The position numbers were made by a program, and so were the translations under genes. Shown one piece after another: positions 38,529 to 50,424 of a stretch of DNA of 64,000 nucleotides (position 1 is the first letter of the stretch; every line of letters starts with the position of its first letter). This DNA is from Macrostomum lignano (Eukaryota), in NCBI GenBank assembly GCA_002269645.1, contig NIVC01002076.1, positions 7,847 through 71,846 on the forward strand, written 5' to 3'. The notes beneath the pieces were generated by a model. That model saw only the letters and a program-made list of their open reading frames with translations. It did no database searches and was not told where the DNA came from.

Positions 38529-39299
38529 ATTGGCGGCGTGAATTTCGTGCTGGCCAATAGCGTCGCATTCGAAGGCGACGGCTGCTTCCTCTGCCGACGC
38601 GCCCGAGTCGAGCTGGCCGCCGTGGCCAACCGGCTGCGCTGCGCATTCGGCATCCGCCTCGGCGACGCCTGCAGCGAGGAAGCCCTCGGAGGCGGCGGTC
38701 AGCTGCCCCCGGCCACCGCCCCGATCCTGCTGACGCACTACCCGCTGGCCAGGCTCGATGAGAGCGCCTGCGACACCGTCGCTTCGCCTGCCGAAGGAGC
38801 CGCCGCCGCCCCAGGCGACAGTCGCGACAACGTCGAGATCATCGACGGCGAAGACTCGGCACCGGCTGCTGCTCGCCAGACGCGGCTCCGGCCTCGCTGG
38901 GACTGCCTGTCCGCAGAGGCGTCGGACACACTGGCCGAGGCTGTCCGACCGCGACTGGCCTTTGTCGGACACACGCACTGGTCCTGCCGGCGCCGCCTCA
39001 GCCTGGCCGGCGGCTCGCGCAATCTCACCGAGTACACTTTGCCCAGCTTCTCCTGGCGCAACATCAACTCGCCCAGCTTCCTACTGCTCACCGTGTCCGG
39101 TGGCGCCCACTCCGTTGCCAAGTGCCGGATGCCGCGCGAGTCCACGGTGATCGGCCTGTACACCTACGGCGTGCCCGCCGTGCTGCTGTGGTTCCTGTGG
39201 CCCTGCCTGCTCAGTCTGGCCGCTTCTGTGTGCTGGCACTGCGCCAGTTTCTTCACAGCGCAGGCGCCCTGGCGTCAGGCGGACGATAAGCACCTGTGA
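38529..39299 (+). CDS. MPPE1: MPPE1 terminal exon
   Basis: IGGVNFVLANSVAFEGDGC..PILLTHYPL..AFVGHTHWSC..EYTLPSFSWRN, then a C-terminal TM segment and TGA. Confidence 0.92.
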   Translation: MGGVNFVLANSVAFEGDGCFLCRRARVELAAVANRLRCAFGIRLGDACSEEALGGGGQLPPATAPILLTHYPLARLDESACDTVASPAEGAAAAPGDSRDNVEIIDGEDSAPAAARQTRLRPRWDCLSAEASDTLAEAVRPRLAFVGHTHWSCRRRLSLAGGSRNLTEYTLPSFSWRNINSPSFLLLTVSGGAHSVAKCRMPRESTVIGLYTYGVPAVLLWFLWPCLLSLAASVCWHCASFFTAQAPWRQADDKHL

Positions 39300-39439
39300 G
39301 ACCGTCGATCAATGATCCGCCGCCGCCCTTCTCCAGCCCGCATTCCTGACAGTTCATTCTGCTGTGACTCGGATCTCGAATACTTTATAGATGTACAAAT
39401 TTATCCTCTTGTGTCTAGTTTTTGCTTTAACAGATTTAG

Positions 39440-39900
39440 GAATCCCAGATACCAAAGCTGAGAATCCCAGATCCCCAAGTCTGAGAATCCCAGATCCCAA
39501 AGCTGAGAATCCCAGATCCTAGCGCTGAGAATCCCAGATCCCCAAGTCTGAGAATCCCAGATCCCCAAGTCTGAGAATCCCAGATCCCAAAGCTGAGAAT
39601 CCCAGATCCCAAAGCTGAGAATCCCAGATCCTAGCGCTGAGAATCCCAGATCCTAGCGCTGAGAATCCCAGATCCCCAAGTCTGAGAATCCCGGATCCCA
39701 AAGCTGAGAATCCCAGATCCTAACGCTGAGAATCCCAGATCCCCAAAGCTGAGAATCCCAGATCCCAAATCTGAGAATCCCGAATCCCAAATCCGAGAAC
39801 CTCATATCCCAAATCTGAGAACCCCAGATCCCAAATCTAGGAATCCCAGATCCCAGACCTAAAAATAAGTATCTTAGATCCCAGATCTAAATTCCAATCC
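39440..39900. repeat. 22-23-bp minisatellite CTGAGAATCCCAGATCCCAAAG
   Basis: Tandem units 3' of MPPE1. Confidence 0.92.
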
Positions 39901-40504
39901 CAAAGCCTATGCTATGCTAAACATTTTGCTAGAAAATAAACAATGATCGCAGGCACTCAGAAAAAAATTAAAAAACACTATTTTGAGCAACATTTATCGA
40001 GTCCTCTTGTCCCTCTGACCCGCGTCTTTCTACTGGCGGAGTTCTGCTGAGAAAAGAAAAAAATTAAACAAGTTCTCCGCAGTTTGGCCGCGTCATGCTA
40101 CTATGAGTAGGTTTTATTAATTGAAAGTATATAGCTTGTGTACTTCATTGATTGCACATCGATTTTGTGTATTCGTGCCTTTGCGCTAAATGGCTATTGG
40201 GGTGGATAATTTGTTATATCTATTTAGAAGCAGAATTGCATTATTGCTATTTTTGTTTCCTGCAAATCACTGCTTTTTAATAAATCCTTGTTAATCCACT
40301 CTTAGTTCGAAACAGCAGCTGTCGAAAAACTTATACTGCTATAATATTAAATATAACTACTTAGAACTGTTGAATTTCTTGCCTGATTAACTGATTGTCT
40401 TGTGTCTTGTTTTAAGTGTAATAAATCTGAATGAGTCCTTATATCTAAGGTTTTTTCAAAGATATTAATTTTTTAGTCCACGTCGATAATCTGTCTGACT
40501 ATTC

Positions 40505-41395
40505 TCAAGGATCGATTGGAAATCTCATGAGAATCCTTCAAGGCTCGATCGGAAATCTCATGAGAATCCACAAGGCTCGATCGGAAATCTCATGAGAATC
40601 CTCAAGGCTCGATTGGAAATCTCATGAGAATCCTCAAGGCTCGATTGGAAATCTCATGAGAATCCTAAGGCTCGATCGGAAATCTTATGAATCCTCAAGG
40701 CTCGATCGGAAATCTTATGAATCCTCAAGGCTCGATTGGAAATCTCATGAGAATCCTAAGGCTCGATCGGAAATCTTATGAATCCTCAAGGCTCGATCGG
40801 AAATCTCATGAGAATCCTAAAGGCTCGATTGGAAATCTCATGAGAATCCTAAGGCTCGATCGGAAATCTTATGAATCCTCAAGGCTCGATCGGAAATCTC
40901 ATGAGAATCCTAAAGGCTCGATTGGAAATCTCATGAGAATCCTCAAGGCTCGATCGGAAATCTCATGAGAATCCTTCAAAGCTTATTTGAAATCTCATGA
41001 GAATCTTCATAGCTCGATCGGAAATCTCATGAGAATCCTTTAAAGCTTTATTTGAAATCTCATGAGAATCTTCATAGCTCGATCGGAAATCTCATGAGAA
41101 TCCTTTAAAGCTTTATTGGAAATCTCATGAGAATCTTCATAGCTCGATCGGAAATCTCATGAGAATCCTCAAGGCTCAATCAGAAATCTCTTGAGAATCC
41201 TCGAGGCTTCGTTGGGAAGCTTATGACAATCCTTTAAAGCTCAATTGGAAATCTCAAGAATCCTTAAAGCTTGATTGGAAATTTCATGAGAATCCTTAAG
41301 ACTCGATCGGAATTTTCATTAGAATCCTCAAGGCTCGGTTGGAAATCTCATTATAATCCTCAAGGCTCGGTTAGAAATCTCATGAGAATCCTTTT
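40505..41395. repeat. 32-bp minisatellite GCTCGATCGGAAATCTCATGAGAATCCTCAAG
   Basis: About 27 units, decaying toward the 3' end. Confidence 0.93.
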
Positions 41396-42774
41396 AAAAA
41401 ACTTCGAGAATCTCGGGTGTGCACTGCAATGAGAATGGGTGATTCACGTGTGGCTCTTAGGACTGCTCATTAATACGCTCAGTTGGATTTGGATATTTGT
41501 GCTTATAGCCATTGTAAAAGAAGCGTCTTGGGGTTCAATGGGTTTTGTTAATTAATTAATATTCGCTTCAGCATTTTCTGTAATTTTATTTTAGCTATAT
41601 TACTTGTATATTAGAAGGGTAGGTGTACCTGTATCCAGTAGACAGGTCATTGGGTGCGCCCAGTCCACCTGTTGTTCACCGCTCTCGCATCCTATAGTTA
41701 CGGTGCATGGACAGCCAAAGTAGGGCTTACGCTGCACTCATAAATCATGCAGATTTCAGTGGAGGCTGCTTTTCGTCGGAGAGTGCATTGGCGAGATGGA
41801 GAGCGGCGGCATCTTCCCGCAGATAGCGCTGACGGCAATTCAGCTCATTCGGCTGACTCCTGAGCACTGACAAGCGCGCCAATACTGTGCGCAGGCAGGC
41901 TCTCGTACACACGCTCACGAAGGGTGCACAGCGCCCCTGGCTTTCTAATCGTCCGGCCAAGGACGACGGGAAACCTCGTTTCTTAGAAATTTTTAAAGGC
42001 AGGCTTTCCCGAAAAAAAATACACTACAGAGATAGAAAGTTTTCATTTTTTCAGCACAAAAATTGTTTTTGCTTTTGATTGGAGGCAGATCCAGTGTTCA
42101 ACTTTTGAGATGTTGTGCCTTTCTTATTGCTCTATCGATATTCATGAAGCTTTTTGTTCAAAGAATTAGGATTCTTAATTAATTTTTATTCTACGTACAT
42201 TTTCTGTACCTAACAATCATAAAAATGCACGGCACAGCTCCAATCTTTGGTTTTATGAATCTACGAGTATTTTATCGTCTCTGTTACAAATATTTGTTAC
42301 ACAGTCAGCTAAGAATGATAAAATAGTCTCATAAAATCAAAGAGCTCACGTGCCATTTTAATGGTTTTTAGGCACAAGATACGTGCAAATGTACCTCGTA
42401 CGTACAATACTTGTACAGTATGTACGAAGTAGAAGAAAAATATTCTGCCGTGAGCATTCGACAGCCTTCAGTCGTCGATGGCCACGATCGAGCTGTCTCC
42501 CATAGCCCTCTGTCAGCTAGACAGGACAGCTGCTGTCTCGAATTACAGGCACACTACCGCATTATTTTTTGTCCACTGTCGGATTGAAGCTGAGTCGTAA
42601 AATAAAAAACACAGAAAATCTTTCAGCTCTGCTTCACTTTACGGCGCATGCCATCACACGGATTTATTTTTTTTTGCGCGGCGACTTTAGACACTCAAGA
42701 CAGCGGAGGGGCGAATTTAATTAAGCTTTAAGTTTTCCATTTTGAGAATCACTTTATCTTCGATACTCCGGGAA

Positions 42775-42965
42775 CTCGAACTCGTCAGTGAACTCAGCAG
42801 GGAACTCGTCAAGGAATTCATCAGGAAGCTAGTCAGAGAACTTGTCAGGGAACTCGGCAGGGAACTCGTCAGAGAACTTGTCAGGAAACTCGTCAGAGAA
42901 CTCGTCAGAGAACTCGTCAGAGAACTCGTCAGAGAACTTGTCAGGGAACTCGTCAGGGAACTCTT
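42775..42965. repeat. 12-bp repeat GAACTCGTCAG(A/G)
   Basis: About 15 units just 3' of the GPCR stop. Confidence 0.9.
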
Positions 42966-42993
42966 TTATCGAGGACTTGTCAGTAAAATCTGG

Positions 42994-44001
42994 TCAGTTG
43001 CCGGGCACAGTGGAGTCGGCCTCCACGGTGGCAGACTGCGGAGCCACGCGCCTGTTGCTGCCAGCGCAGCAGCAGCGGCTGCAGGGCAGGTCGCGCATGA
43101 TGAGGCGACGCACGCTCGACGAAGTGAGCGCGTAGATGTAGAGCGAGAAGCAGTTGTTGGTGTAGGACAGCAGGATGAGGCCGCTGTAGGCCGTGTCCAG
43201 CGCCGGGGTCCAGTTTCCCGGGTCCAGGGCCCGGTAGACCAGCATGAAACGGCTGGGCAGCATAGAGACGAAGAAGTACACGGAGATCCCGAACAGCATG
43301 CGGAAGGCCTTGGCCTCCTTGGTCGCGTTGCTCGACGAGGGGGCGCTGCCGGAGGCGCAGGCGTAGCGGCAGAGCAGCGAGCCGTTGACGGCCAGCAGGT
43401 AGAGGCTGGGCAGGAGGATCCGCAGCGCCAGGTCGCAGGCGATGAAGGCGTCGAAGTTGAACTCGGGAGCCGAGATGCACACCGCCCTGCGGTAGATGGG
43501 CACCCAGATCAAGCGCATGATGTACAGCAGGCAGTGATTCTTGACGGCGGACCCGGCCACCAGGCCGCAGACGACGCCGACCATCAGGCGGACGCCGAAG
43601 CGTCTCGTCGGCAACACGACGGCCAGCAGGCGCTCGGTGGCGATAAGGCAGACTATCCAGCCGCTGACGTCGGTGGACAAGTAGACACCGAAGATGTGCA
43701 TCCGGCACAGCGGGTCCGACACGGAGCGCAGGTCCCAGCCAGTGGACAGCAGCGACAGGTAGCGGGTCAGCGAGATGAGCATCACGGCCAGGTCGGCCAC
43801 GGCCAGCAGGCGGAAGGTCGCCCGGGTCGACTCGCCGAGGAAGCAGCGACGCCGGAACAGCCAGAGGATGCCGGCGTTGCCGACGATGCCGAGCGCCATG
43901 GCGAGGCAGCCGAACGCCAGCAGCAGGCTGCGCGTGACGGCGAAGGCGTTGTTGCCGGAGGGCGAGACGCCGTCGGCATTGGAGGAGCCGTTGTCGCTCA
44001 T
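42994..44001 (-). CDS. Intronless class A (rhodopsin-like) orphan GPCR, peptide-receptor-like, 335 aa
   Basis: ATG at 44001; seven hydrophobic segments; TM1 GIVGN, TM2 LAVADL, TM3 C..ATERLLAVVLP, TM7 YTNNCFSLYIY; GC-rich codons. Confidence 0.88.
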   Translation of the reverse strand: MSDNGSSNADGVSPSGNNAFAVTRSLLLAFGCLAMALGIVGNAGILWLFRRRCFLGESTRATFRLLAVADLAVMLISLTRYLSLLSTGWDLRSVSDPLCRMHIFGVYLSTDVSGWIVCLIATERLLAVVLPTRRFGVRLMVGVVCGLVAGSAVKNHCLLYIMRLIWVPIYRRAVCISAPEFNFDAFIACDLALRILLPSLYLLAVNGSLLCRYACASGSAPSSSNATKEAKAFRMLFGISVYFFVSMLPSRFMLVYRALDPGNWTPALDTAYSGLILLSYTNNCFSLYIYALTSSSVRRLIMRDLPCSRCCCAGSNRRVAPQSATVEADSTVPGN

Positions 44002-44023
44002 CGGAGAGCTGGCGAGCCTCAAT

Positions 44024-44098
44024 TGCAGACAAGCGGATCGGTCTCAAGTGCAGACAAGCGGATCGGTCTCAAGTGCAGACAAGCGGATCGGTCTCAAG
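44024..44098. repeat. 25-bp x3 repeat TGCAGACAAGCGGATCGGTCTCAAG
   Basis: Directly upstream of the GPCR start. Confidence 0.9.
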
Positions 44099-44845
44099 TC
44101 GAAATCCCAGCCGAGCATGAGTTGAGCATGTATTTATGCGCTCACCCTGAGCTGCTCCTCCATTGGCTGGCTGAATTTGATTGGCAAGCAGTCAGCCTTA
44201 ACTTGATAACTTAGTTTTCTTGCTGAGCACGATGTCTGAAATCGTGTGAGTTCGGCTGCAGGGTTCGGGCTTATGAATAAACTTGGCTGTTCGGAGCTTC
44301 TCTCGAACTGGGGTCTTGAAGCTACATTTAAACTTTTTTGCTGGTTCTTGAGAGATCAAGAAAGTACGTCAAGAACTTTTGAATTTTTCAAAACTCCCAA
44401 CAGGGCAATGTAAGTTTACATCCGCGTCAACCAAACAGACTGCAGCCAAACAGAGTCACCGTGCGACGTCTCGCCTTGGAAACAGAAGTATCATATTTGG
44501 CTAAGAATATACTCACCCAAGCCTTCCATGCTAGTCAGAGAAGTGACTGCTTTTGTGACCGCTTCTTTCATGGAATTCTCATCAGTTCCACGGTTTTTTG
44601 TGCCGCTGCTCTCGCGCTCGCAATGGTTTGACTTTGCCTCAAAATCAAAGGGCTTTTTGGCCGGGAAACTTTACAATAATCGATTCGGATGAAAAGACTA
44701 AAACTGAAGCTTTTCTGATCGATGTCACGAGTTCTCTTTGATGCTTGAGAATATTGATCCTTAATTGACTATTACTCGAATTCCCAGTTAAGTATGAGCA
44801 CCCGTCCCTCAGTATGGATAGATATCTCTATAGTGAGCCCCAATG

Positions 44846-46033
44846 TAACAGGTGAGCACCGGTGTAACAGGTGAGCACCGGTGTAACAGTTAAACACCGG
44901 TGTAACAGGTGAGCACCGGTGTAACAGGTGAGCACCGGTGTAACAGTTGAACACCGGTGTAACAGGTGAGCACCGGTGTAACAGGTAAGCACCGGTGTAA
45001 CAGGGTGAGCACCGGTGTAACAGGTGAGCACCGATGTAACAGCTGAGCACCAGTGCAACAGGTAAGCACCGGTGTAACAGGGTGAGCACCGGTGTAACAG
45101 GTGAGCACCGATGTAACAGCTGAGCACCAGTGCAACAGGTAAGCACCGGTGTAACAGGGTGAGCACCGGTGTAACAGGTGAGCCGCGGTGTAACAAGTGA
45201 GCACCGGTGTAACAGGTGAGCCCCCGGTGTAACAGATGAGCCGCGGTGTAACAGGTGAGCCGCGGTGTAACAAGTGAGCACCGGTGTAACAGGTGAGCAC
45301 CGGTGTAACAGGTGAGCACCGGTGTAACAGGTGAGCACCGGTCTAACAGGTAAGCCCCGGTGTAACAGGTGACCACCGAGGTGTAACAGATGAGCACCGG
45401 TGTAACAGGTGAGCACCGGTCTAACAGGTAAGCCCCGGTGTAACAGGTGACCACCGAGGTGTAACAGACGAGCACCGGTGTAACAGGTGAGCACCGGTCT
45501 AACAGGTAAGCCCCGGTGTAACAGGTGACCACCGAGGTGTAACAGATGAGCACCGGTGTAACAGGTGAGCACCGGTCTAACAGGTAAGCCCCGGTGTAAC
45601 AGGTGACCACCGAGGTGTAACAGATGAGCACCGGTGTAACAGGTGAGCAACGCGGTGTAACAGGTGAGCACCGGTGTAACAGGTGAGCACCGGTCTAACA
45701 GTAAGCCCCGGTGTAACAGGTGACCACCGAGGTGTAACAGATGAGCACCGGTGTAACAGGTGAGCACCGCGGTGTAACAGATGAGCACCGGTGTAACAGG
45801 TGAGCACCGCGGTGTAACAGGTGAGCACCGGTGTAACAGGTGAGCACCGGTGTAACAGGTGAGCACCGGTGTAACAGGTGAGCACCGGTGTAACAGGTGA
45901 GCACCGGTCTAACAGGTAAGCCCCGGTGTAACAGGTGACCACCGAGGTGTAACAGATGAGCACCGGTGTAACAGGTGAGCACCGCGGTGTAACAGGGTGA
46001 GCACCGGTGAAACAGGTGAGCACCGGTGTAACA
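44846..46033. repeat. 19-bp minisatellite GGTGTAACAGGTGAGCACC with composite variants
   Basis: About 1.2 kb of tandem units with repeated variant blocks. Confidence 0.95.
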
Positions 46034-46694
46034 CCCATCTCTCAATGTTGATATAAATATGTCCTATTTCACAGCCTCAAAAAAAGAATCACGGATGAAA
46101 CATTTCTAAAAAGAAATTGCACACGAAAGCTCTTCAGAAAATTCAAAAGCATTGCTTCAATTTCTTATCGGACAGGAGCACCAAAACATGATTCATTTAT
46201 AGCCCTGTGCGACTCAAACAGGTGAGTGGGACATACATGTACTTTTATGCTCATCCCTCTTATAGGTAAGTCTCTGATTTCCATGCAGCGCACAGAATCA
46301 AGTCAGCATCATCATCTGCCTCGGCTGTCTTAATAAAGCACCTCGCGCAGCTTTGAACGCCGCACTTGTACTCACTTCAGTGGATGCTGAGCATGAGCAG
46401 GAATAACCAGAGTTGTTTCCCCAATTTACTGGGAACTCTAGCAACCTGCAGCTCAGAATAAGATCTACGCCCGAGATTGTACGTACGTGTAAAAAAATAA
46501 ACTTATTGCACTTATAAACATTGGATCAGAAAACAGTTTTTAACCAGAATGAATACAACATCAACAGCTCCAAGAAAACCTTTGCTATGTGCATTAGCAG
46601 ACGCAAAAAAACAAAAAGCAAAGCGCGTGACGCGCCTCAGGGTCTGGACGAGACGGCAAAATAAATTCCAAACCTATGGGAGAGGGGGGAAGAG

Positions 46695-46998
46695 AGAGCA
46701 GACGGCAACCAAGCCCAGCCCAGCCAATCAGCGCGCCGCGCAGGGTAGAACTGATACCCCAGGGGAGAGGGGGAGAAAGGGACAGTAAGGACTGGCCAAT
46801 CGCTTGCAGAAAAGCTGGAGGTGGGTGGGGGGAGTCAGGCTGCAAAACTGAGAGAGCAGACGGCAAACAAGCCCAGCCAATCAGCGCGCCGCGCAGGGTA
46901 GAACTGATACCCCAGGGGAGAGGGGGAGAAAGGGACAGTAAGGACTGGCCAATCGGCTTGCAGAAAAGCTGGAGATGGGTGGGGGGAGTCAGGCTGCA
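46695..46998. repeat. Tandem duplication of a ~155-bp unit containing AGCCAATCAGCGCG
   Basis: 46695-46848 approximately equals 46851-46998. Confidence 0.85.
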
Positions 46999-47408
46999 TA
47001 ACAAGAGGACAAAGAGTTCAAGGCGTATCAAGTAATTAAATTTAATTGATTGGGGACCCTGTGTGGACCAGACCTGCTGTTCCTGCGTACGTGCCATATC
47101 CGCATGGCATGCTTAGGAGTCGCCGGAGTTGTCCATGAATGCCTTTTTCCTTGCCTCCTAATTGCAGGCTGCGTGTCGACTGTTGCCTTGATCTGCGGCA
47201 ATGCCTGCAGCCCCACCACAGCAAACTGACACTGACTCTGCAGATTCTGGCTGACGACGATCAAAAAGGCTCGAAAAAATACTCGTCCAGCCAGGACCTG
47301 AGGCGCGTCCGGTGTTGCTGTTTGCTTTCGGCCTTTTTGCACTCGAAACCTGTCGGTCACGCCCTTTGCCGGCATAAAAGCCCGCCTGCTCAGCAACCGT
47401 CTTTAAAG

Positions 47409-48096
47409 GGGAGCACGAGAAATGCCCGCAGACGAATTGCCCGCCGAGATTTGCCCGCAGGAGATTTGCCTGTGGAGATTTGCCCGCCGAGCTTTTCCCG
47501 CGGAGATGTGCCCGCAGTGCATTTTGCCCGTGAGCGAATTGCCCGTGGAGATTTGCCCGCCGAGAATTGCCCGCCGAGATTTGCCCGCAGTGCAATTTGC
47601 CCGCGAGTGAGTTGCCCGCCGAGTTTTTCCCGCCGAGGTTTGCCCGCAATGCCTTTTTCCTGCAGCGAATTTAGCGACGCGGCAGATTTTGTCTGCATTG
47701 CCTTCCCAATGCTTTGTACGTGTTAATCTCAATAAAGAGATTTACACGATCAAAACGTTTTGATAGTAACTGCATATCAAAAGCATATTTTTTTTGGGGG
47801 GGGGGGCAATGCAGACAGAATCTAGCTGCCAAATGCGCTGCAGGAAAAAAGCATTGCGGGCAAACCTCGGCGGGAAAAAAACTCGGCGGGCAACTCGCTC
47901 GCGGGCAAATTGCACTGCGGGCAAATCTCGGCGGGCAATTCTCGGCGGGCAAATCTCCACGGGCAATTCGCTCACGGGCAAAATGCACTGCGGGCAAATC
48001 TCCGCGGGAAAAGCTCGGCGGGCAAATCTCCACAGGCAAATCTCCTGCGGGCAAATCTCGGCGGGCAATTCGTCTGCGGGCATTTCTCGTGCTCCC
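47409..48096. mobile_element. Foldback/MITE-like element with ~290-bp inverted arms built from TTGCCCGC subrepeats
   Basis: GGGAGCACGAGAAATGCCCG... at 47409 is complementary to ...CGGGCATTTCTCGTGCTCCC at 48096; spacer about 95 bp; no clean TSD. Confidence 0.75.
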
Positions 48097-50060
48097 ACTG
48101 CAAACAGTTGGTTAACCTAATGGGAAAAAACTCCCGTTCGCGTTGATAAATGCCTTTCAATAAAGATCCCTTTTATTTTTTATCCACTCAGCTTCATCTG
48201 GGATGCTGCAATCCAACGCTCTGCACCAAAAAGCCCATAAAGCTCCTAAGAAGGAAGGAGGGAGTCTCGAATTCTAAGGGATGCCGTCCAATATCTGCTG
48301 TGTGGGCCTTTGATCCTCTCTGATTTCAATGTGGACAAACGGATTCTTTGCACGTGATTGGAAATTTTCCTTAAAAAAATTCTTCTTGTTATGGATGAAT
48401 TGTTTTTCAGATTCGATGTCAGCCATGCATGCAGTTTGCAGAGGGCCTTTTAGCACTGCCGCTGATCAAGGCAGCACTGGTACCGCAGCCAGCAGAGAGG
48501 AGGCAAAGCAGTCTATATCCATTCCTCTGACCCCGGAGCGCGCACTGCACGGATGCTGCAGACGCAGCACTCACTCGGGGTGTACAGCGGCTCTTAACTT
48601 TCCCCAAGTCTGTCGAGTGGCATGCCTACACGAGACCGGGAACCCATGCATCCCCGCTGAGCTGCTGAGCTACCGGCTCCATCCAAATTGAAGGTTTGAA
48701 TCAGTCGATCGAGTTGTGAGCTTCGACCGGTCTCCATATGTATTAGTAAGGAGTATTTTGAAATCCTAAAAATAATTATTAATTGTTATTCGTAGCCTTG
48801 ACAGCCATATATAGTTCATTATCTTCCCAAATACAACGGGAAAACATACTTTAAGGTTTTTTAACTTGCGCTTCAACGCACGATTTGCTACAGGCTCTGC
48901 AGTTTTCTCATGCAAAATCCATGCATGGAAATTAGGTAAGGAGGCCTGTTCTGAAAAAACTCTAATTTGCTAATTGCATGAATAATTGCTATAATAGTAT
49001 AGCTGCTGCATGACGCTCACGACCAAGCTCGTGACTTGTATTTACTCAAGCTTTAGTTTGTGATGTTAAGCTAATACATTTAGTATGAGTTTTCTCTTTT
49101 TTCAATGTACACAGTTGCAATATACAAAATCAAGTTATGATTACGTAGACGAATTTAGAATTCAGATAAAGTGCATATCGTCTAGCCGAATATATTAAGA
49201 AAATATGTATACTTCGTTAAAATGCTTTGAAGGAAATTAACAGGCAACTTGTTAATAAGCATGTACGATTGTTAGGTTTTGGATTGATTGGAAATGTAGT
49301 ACATGCAATTTTTTGCCCCGACTCACAACAGGCCCATTATCATGGCATTTGCAACATACAGTCACAGTTTTGCAATTGTAGATGTAAATTGTCAGTGTAG
49401 CTTACAAATTTAGAGTAATTTCGAAGCTAAAAACTGTTTTATATCAATTCTACTTGCGGCCATGATCGAAAGGCCAATTATTGCAAGCGTGGTATATCGG
49501 TGTATAATTGGTTGTTGTTAAATGTGGGTGGAGAGCTAGGCGATCTCCTCAGGAGAGCTCAGGGAAGGGCTCTACCGCGGTTGGTGATTCCCCCCAGGAA
49601 ATATAGCCCGGCGCGGGTGACCAGGATTGGAGCTAGGAGTATTTTTTGCCCTAGCGACTGCAGGGCTCAACAAATTGAGGAGGACACCGAGGACCCAAAC
49701 AGCGGAATCAGTTAGACGAGCGAGTTCTAAGACTGCCCCAGGCCACCACCCAAACGGCATAACCCTAAGATTGGAACGGCTCATGACCGAAAGATAAAAC
49801 CAAATAAAACGGGGATACAAAAAACTAATAGAGAAGGATCACCTGAACCGTTTTACGGCTCAACCACAGGGCTGCTGGCATCAACTGCATGGGCTCTACC
49901 GTAAACTTTTGTGAATGGTCGTCTTTCCTGCTCGGCGGGTACAACCGCGAGGCTCAAAGTCCTTGATCTACCGTCCAGCATCACATTCACTCCAGGTACG
50001 CCCCCCCAGAACCAAGGTAGGGCAGAAAAGAGAGAATGAATCCGAAAATCAACATTGTGT

Positions 50061-50107
50061 GAGTAACGACGCGTTTCGCACTCCTAGGTGCATCTTCAGG
50101 TTTATTC
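50061..50107 (-). ncRNA. Minimal type I hammerhead ribozyme (inverted copy)
   Basis: Reverse complement of 50378-50424. Confidence 0.75.
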
Positions 50108-50377
50108 AACAACGAAATTAAACAGGTTTTGCGAATAAATATGTATGTGGAGTTGGTTATAGGTAAACAAGAAAAATTATTGAACAATCTTTCCGCCCAT
50201 TGTTAAATTATTGAACAATCTTTCCGGGTGTACATTCTTTCCGCCCCCGGACTTCACTCTGCCGTACGGACTAACTCATGTGTTCTCCAATATCGATTTG
50301 TTCAATAATTTTTCTTGTTTACCTATAACCAACTCCACATACATATTTATTCGCAAAACCTGTTTAATTTCGTTGTT

Positions 50378-50424
50378 GAATAAACCTGAAGATGCACCTA
50401 GGAGTGCGAAACGCGTCGTTACTC
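50378..50424 (+). ncRNA. Minimal type I hammerhead ribozyme
   Basis: CTGAAGA-T-GCAC-CTAGGA-GTGC-GAAAC-GC-GTC; predicted cleavage after 50417; imperfect stem I (GAATAAAC / GTTACTC). Confidence 0.75.

Noticed and set aside
42742-44214. 490-aa plus-strand ORF
   Set aside because: Antisense shadow of the GC-rich GPCR plus the 12-bp repeat.
46075-46414. Possible plus-strand exons (CACAG|..AAACAG|GTGAGT) after the 19-bp array
   Set aside because: The splice phases do not join to any upstream ATG exon and there is no recognisable homology.
48738-48750. ATGTATTAGTAAG shared with the end of block E (51004-51016), suggestive of a Helitron-type 5' end
   Set aside because: Only 13 bp of AT-rich match, with no 3' hairpin/CTRR end or Rep/helicase remnant found.
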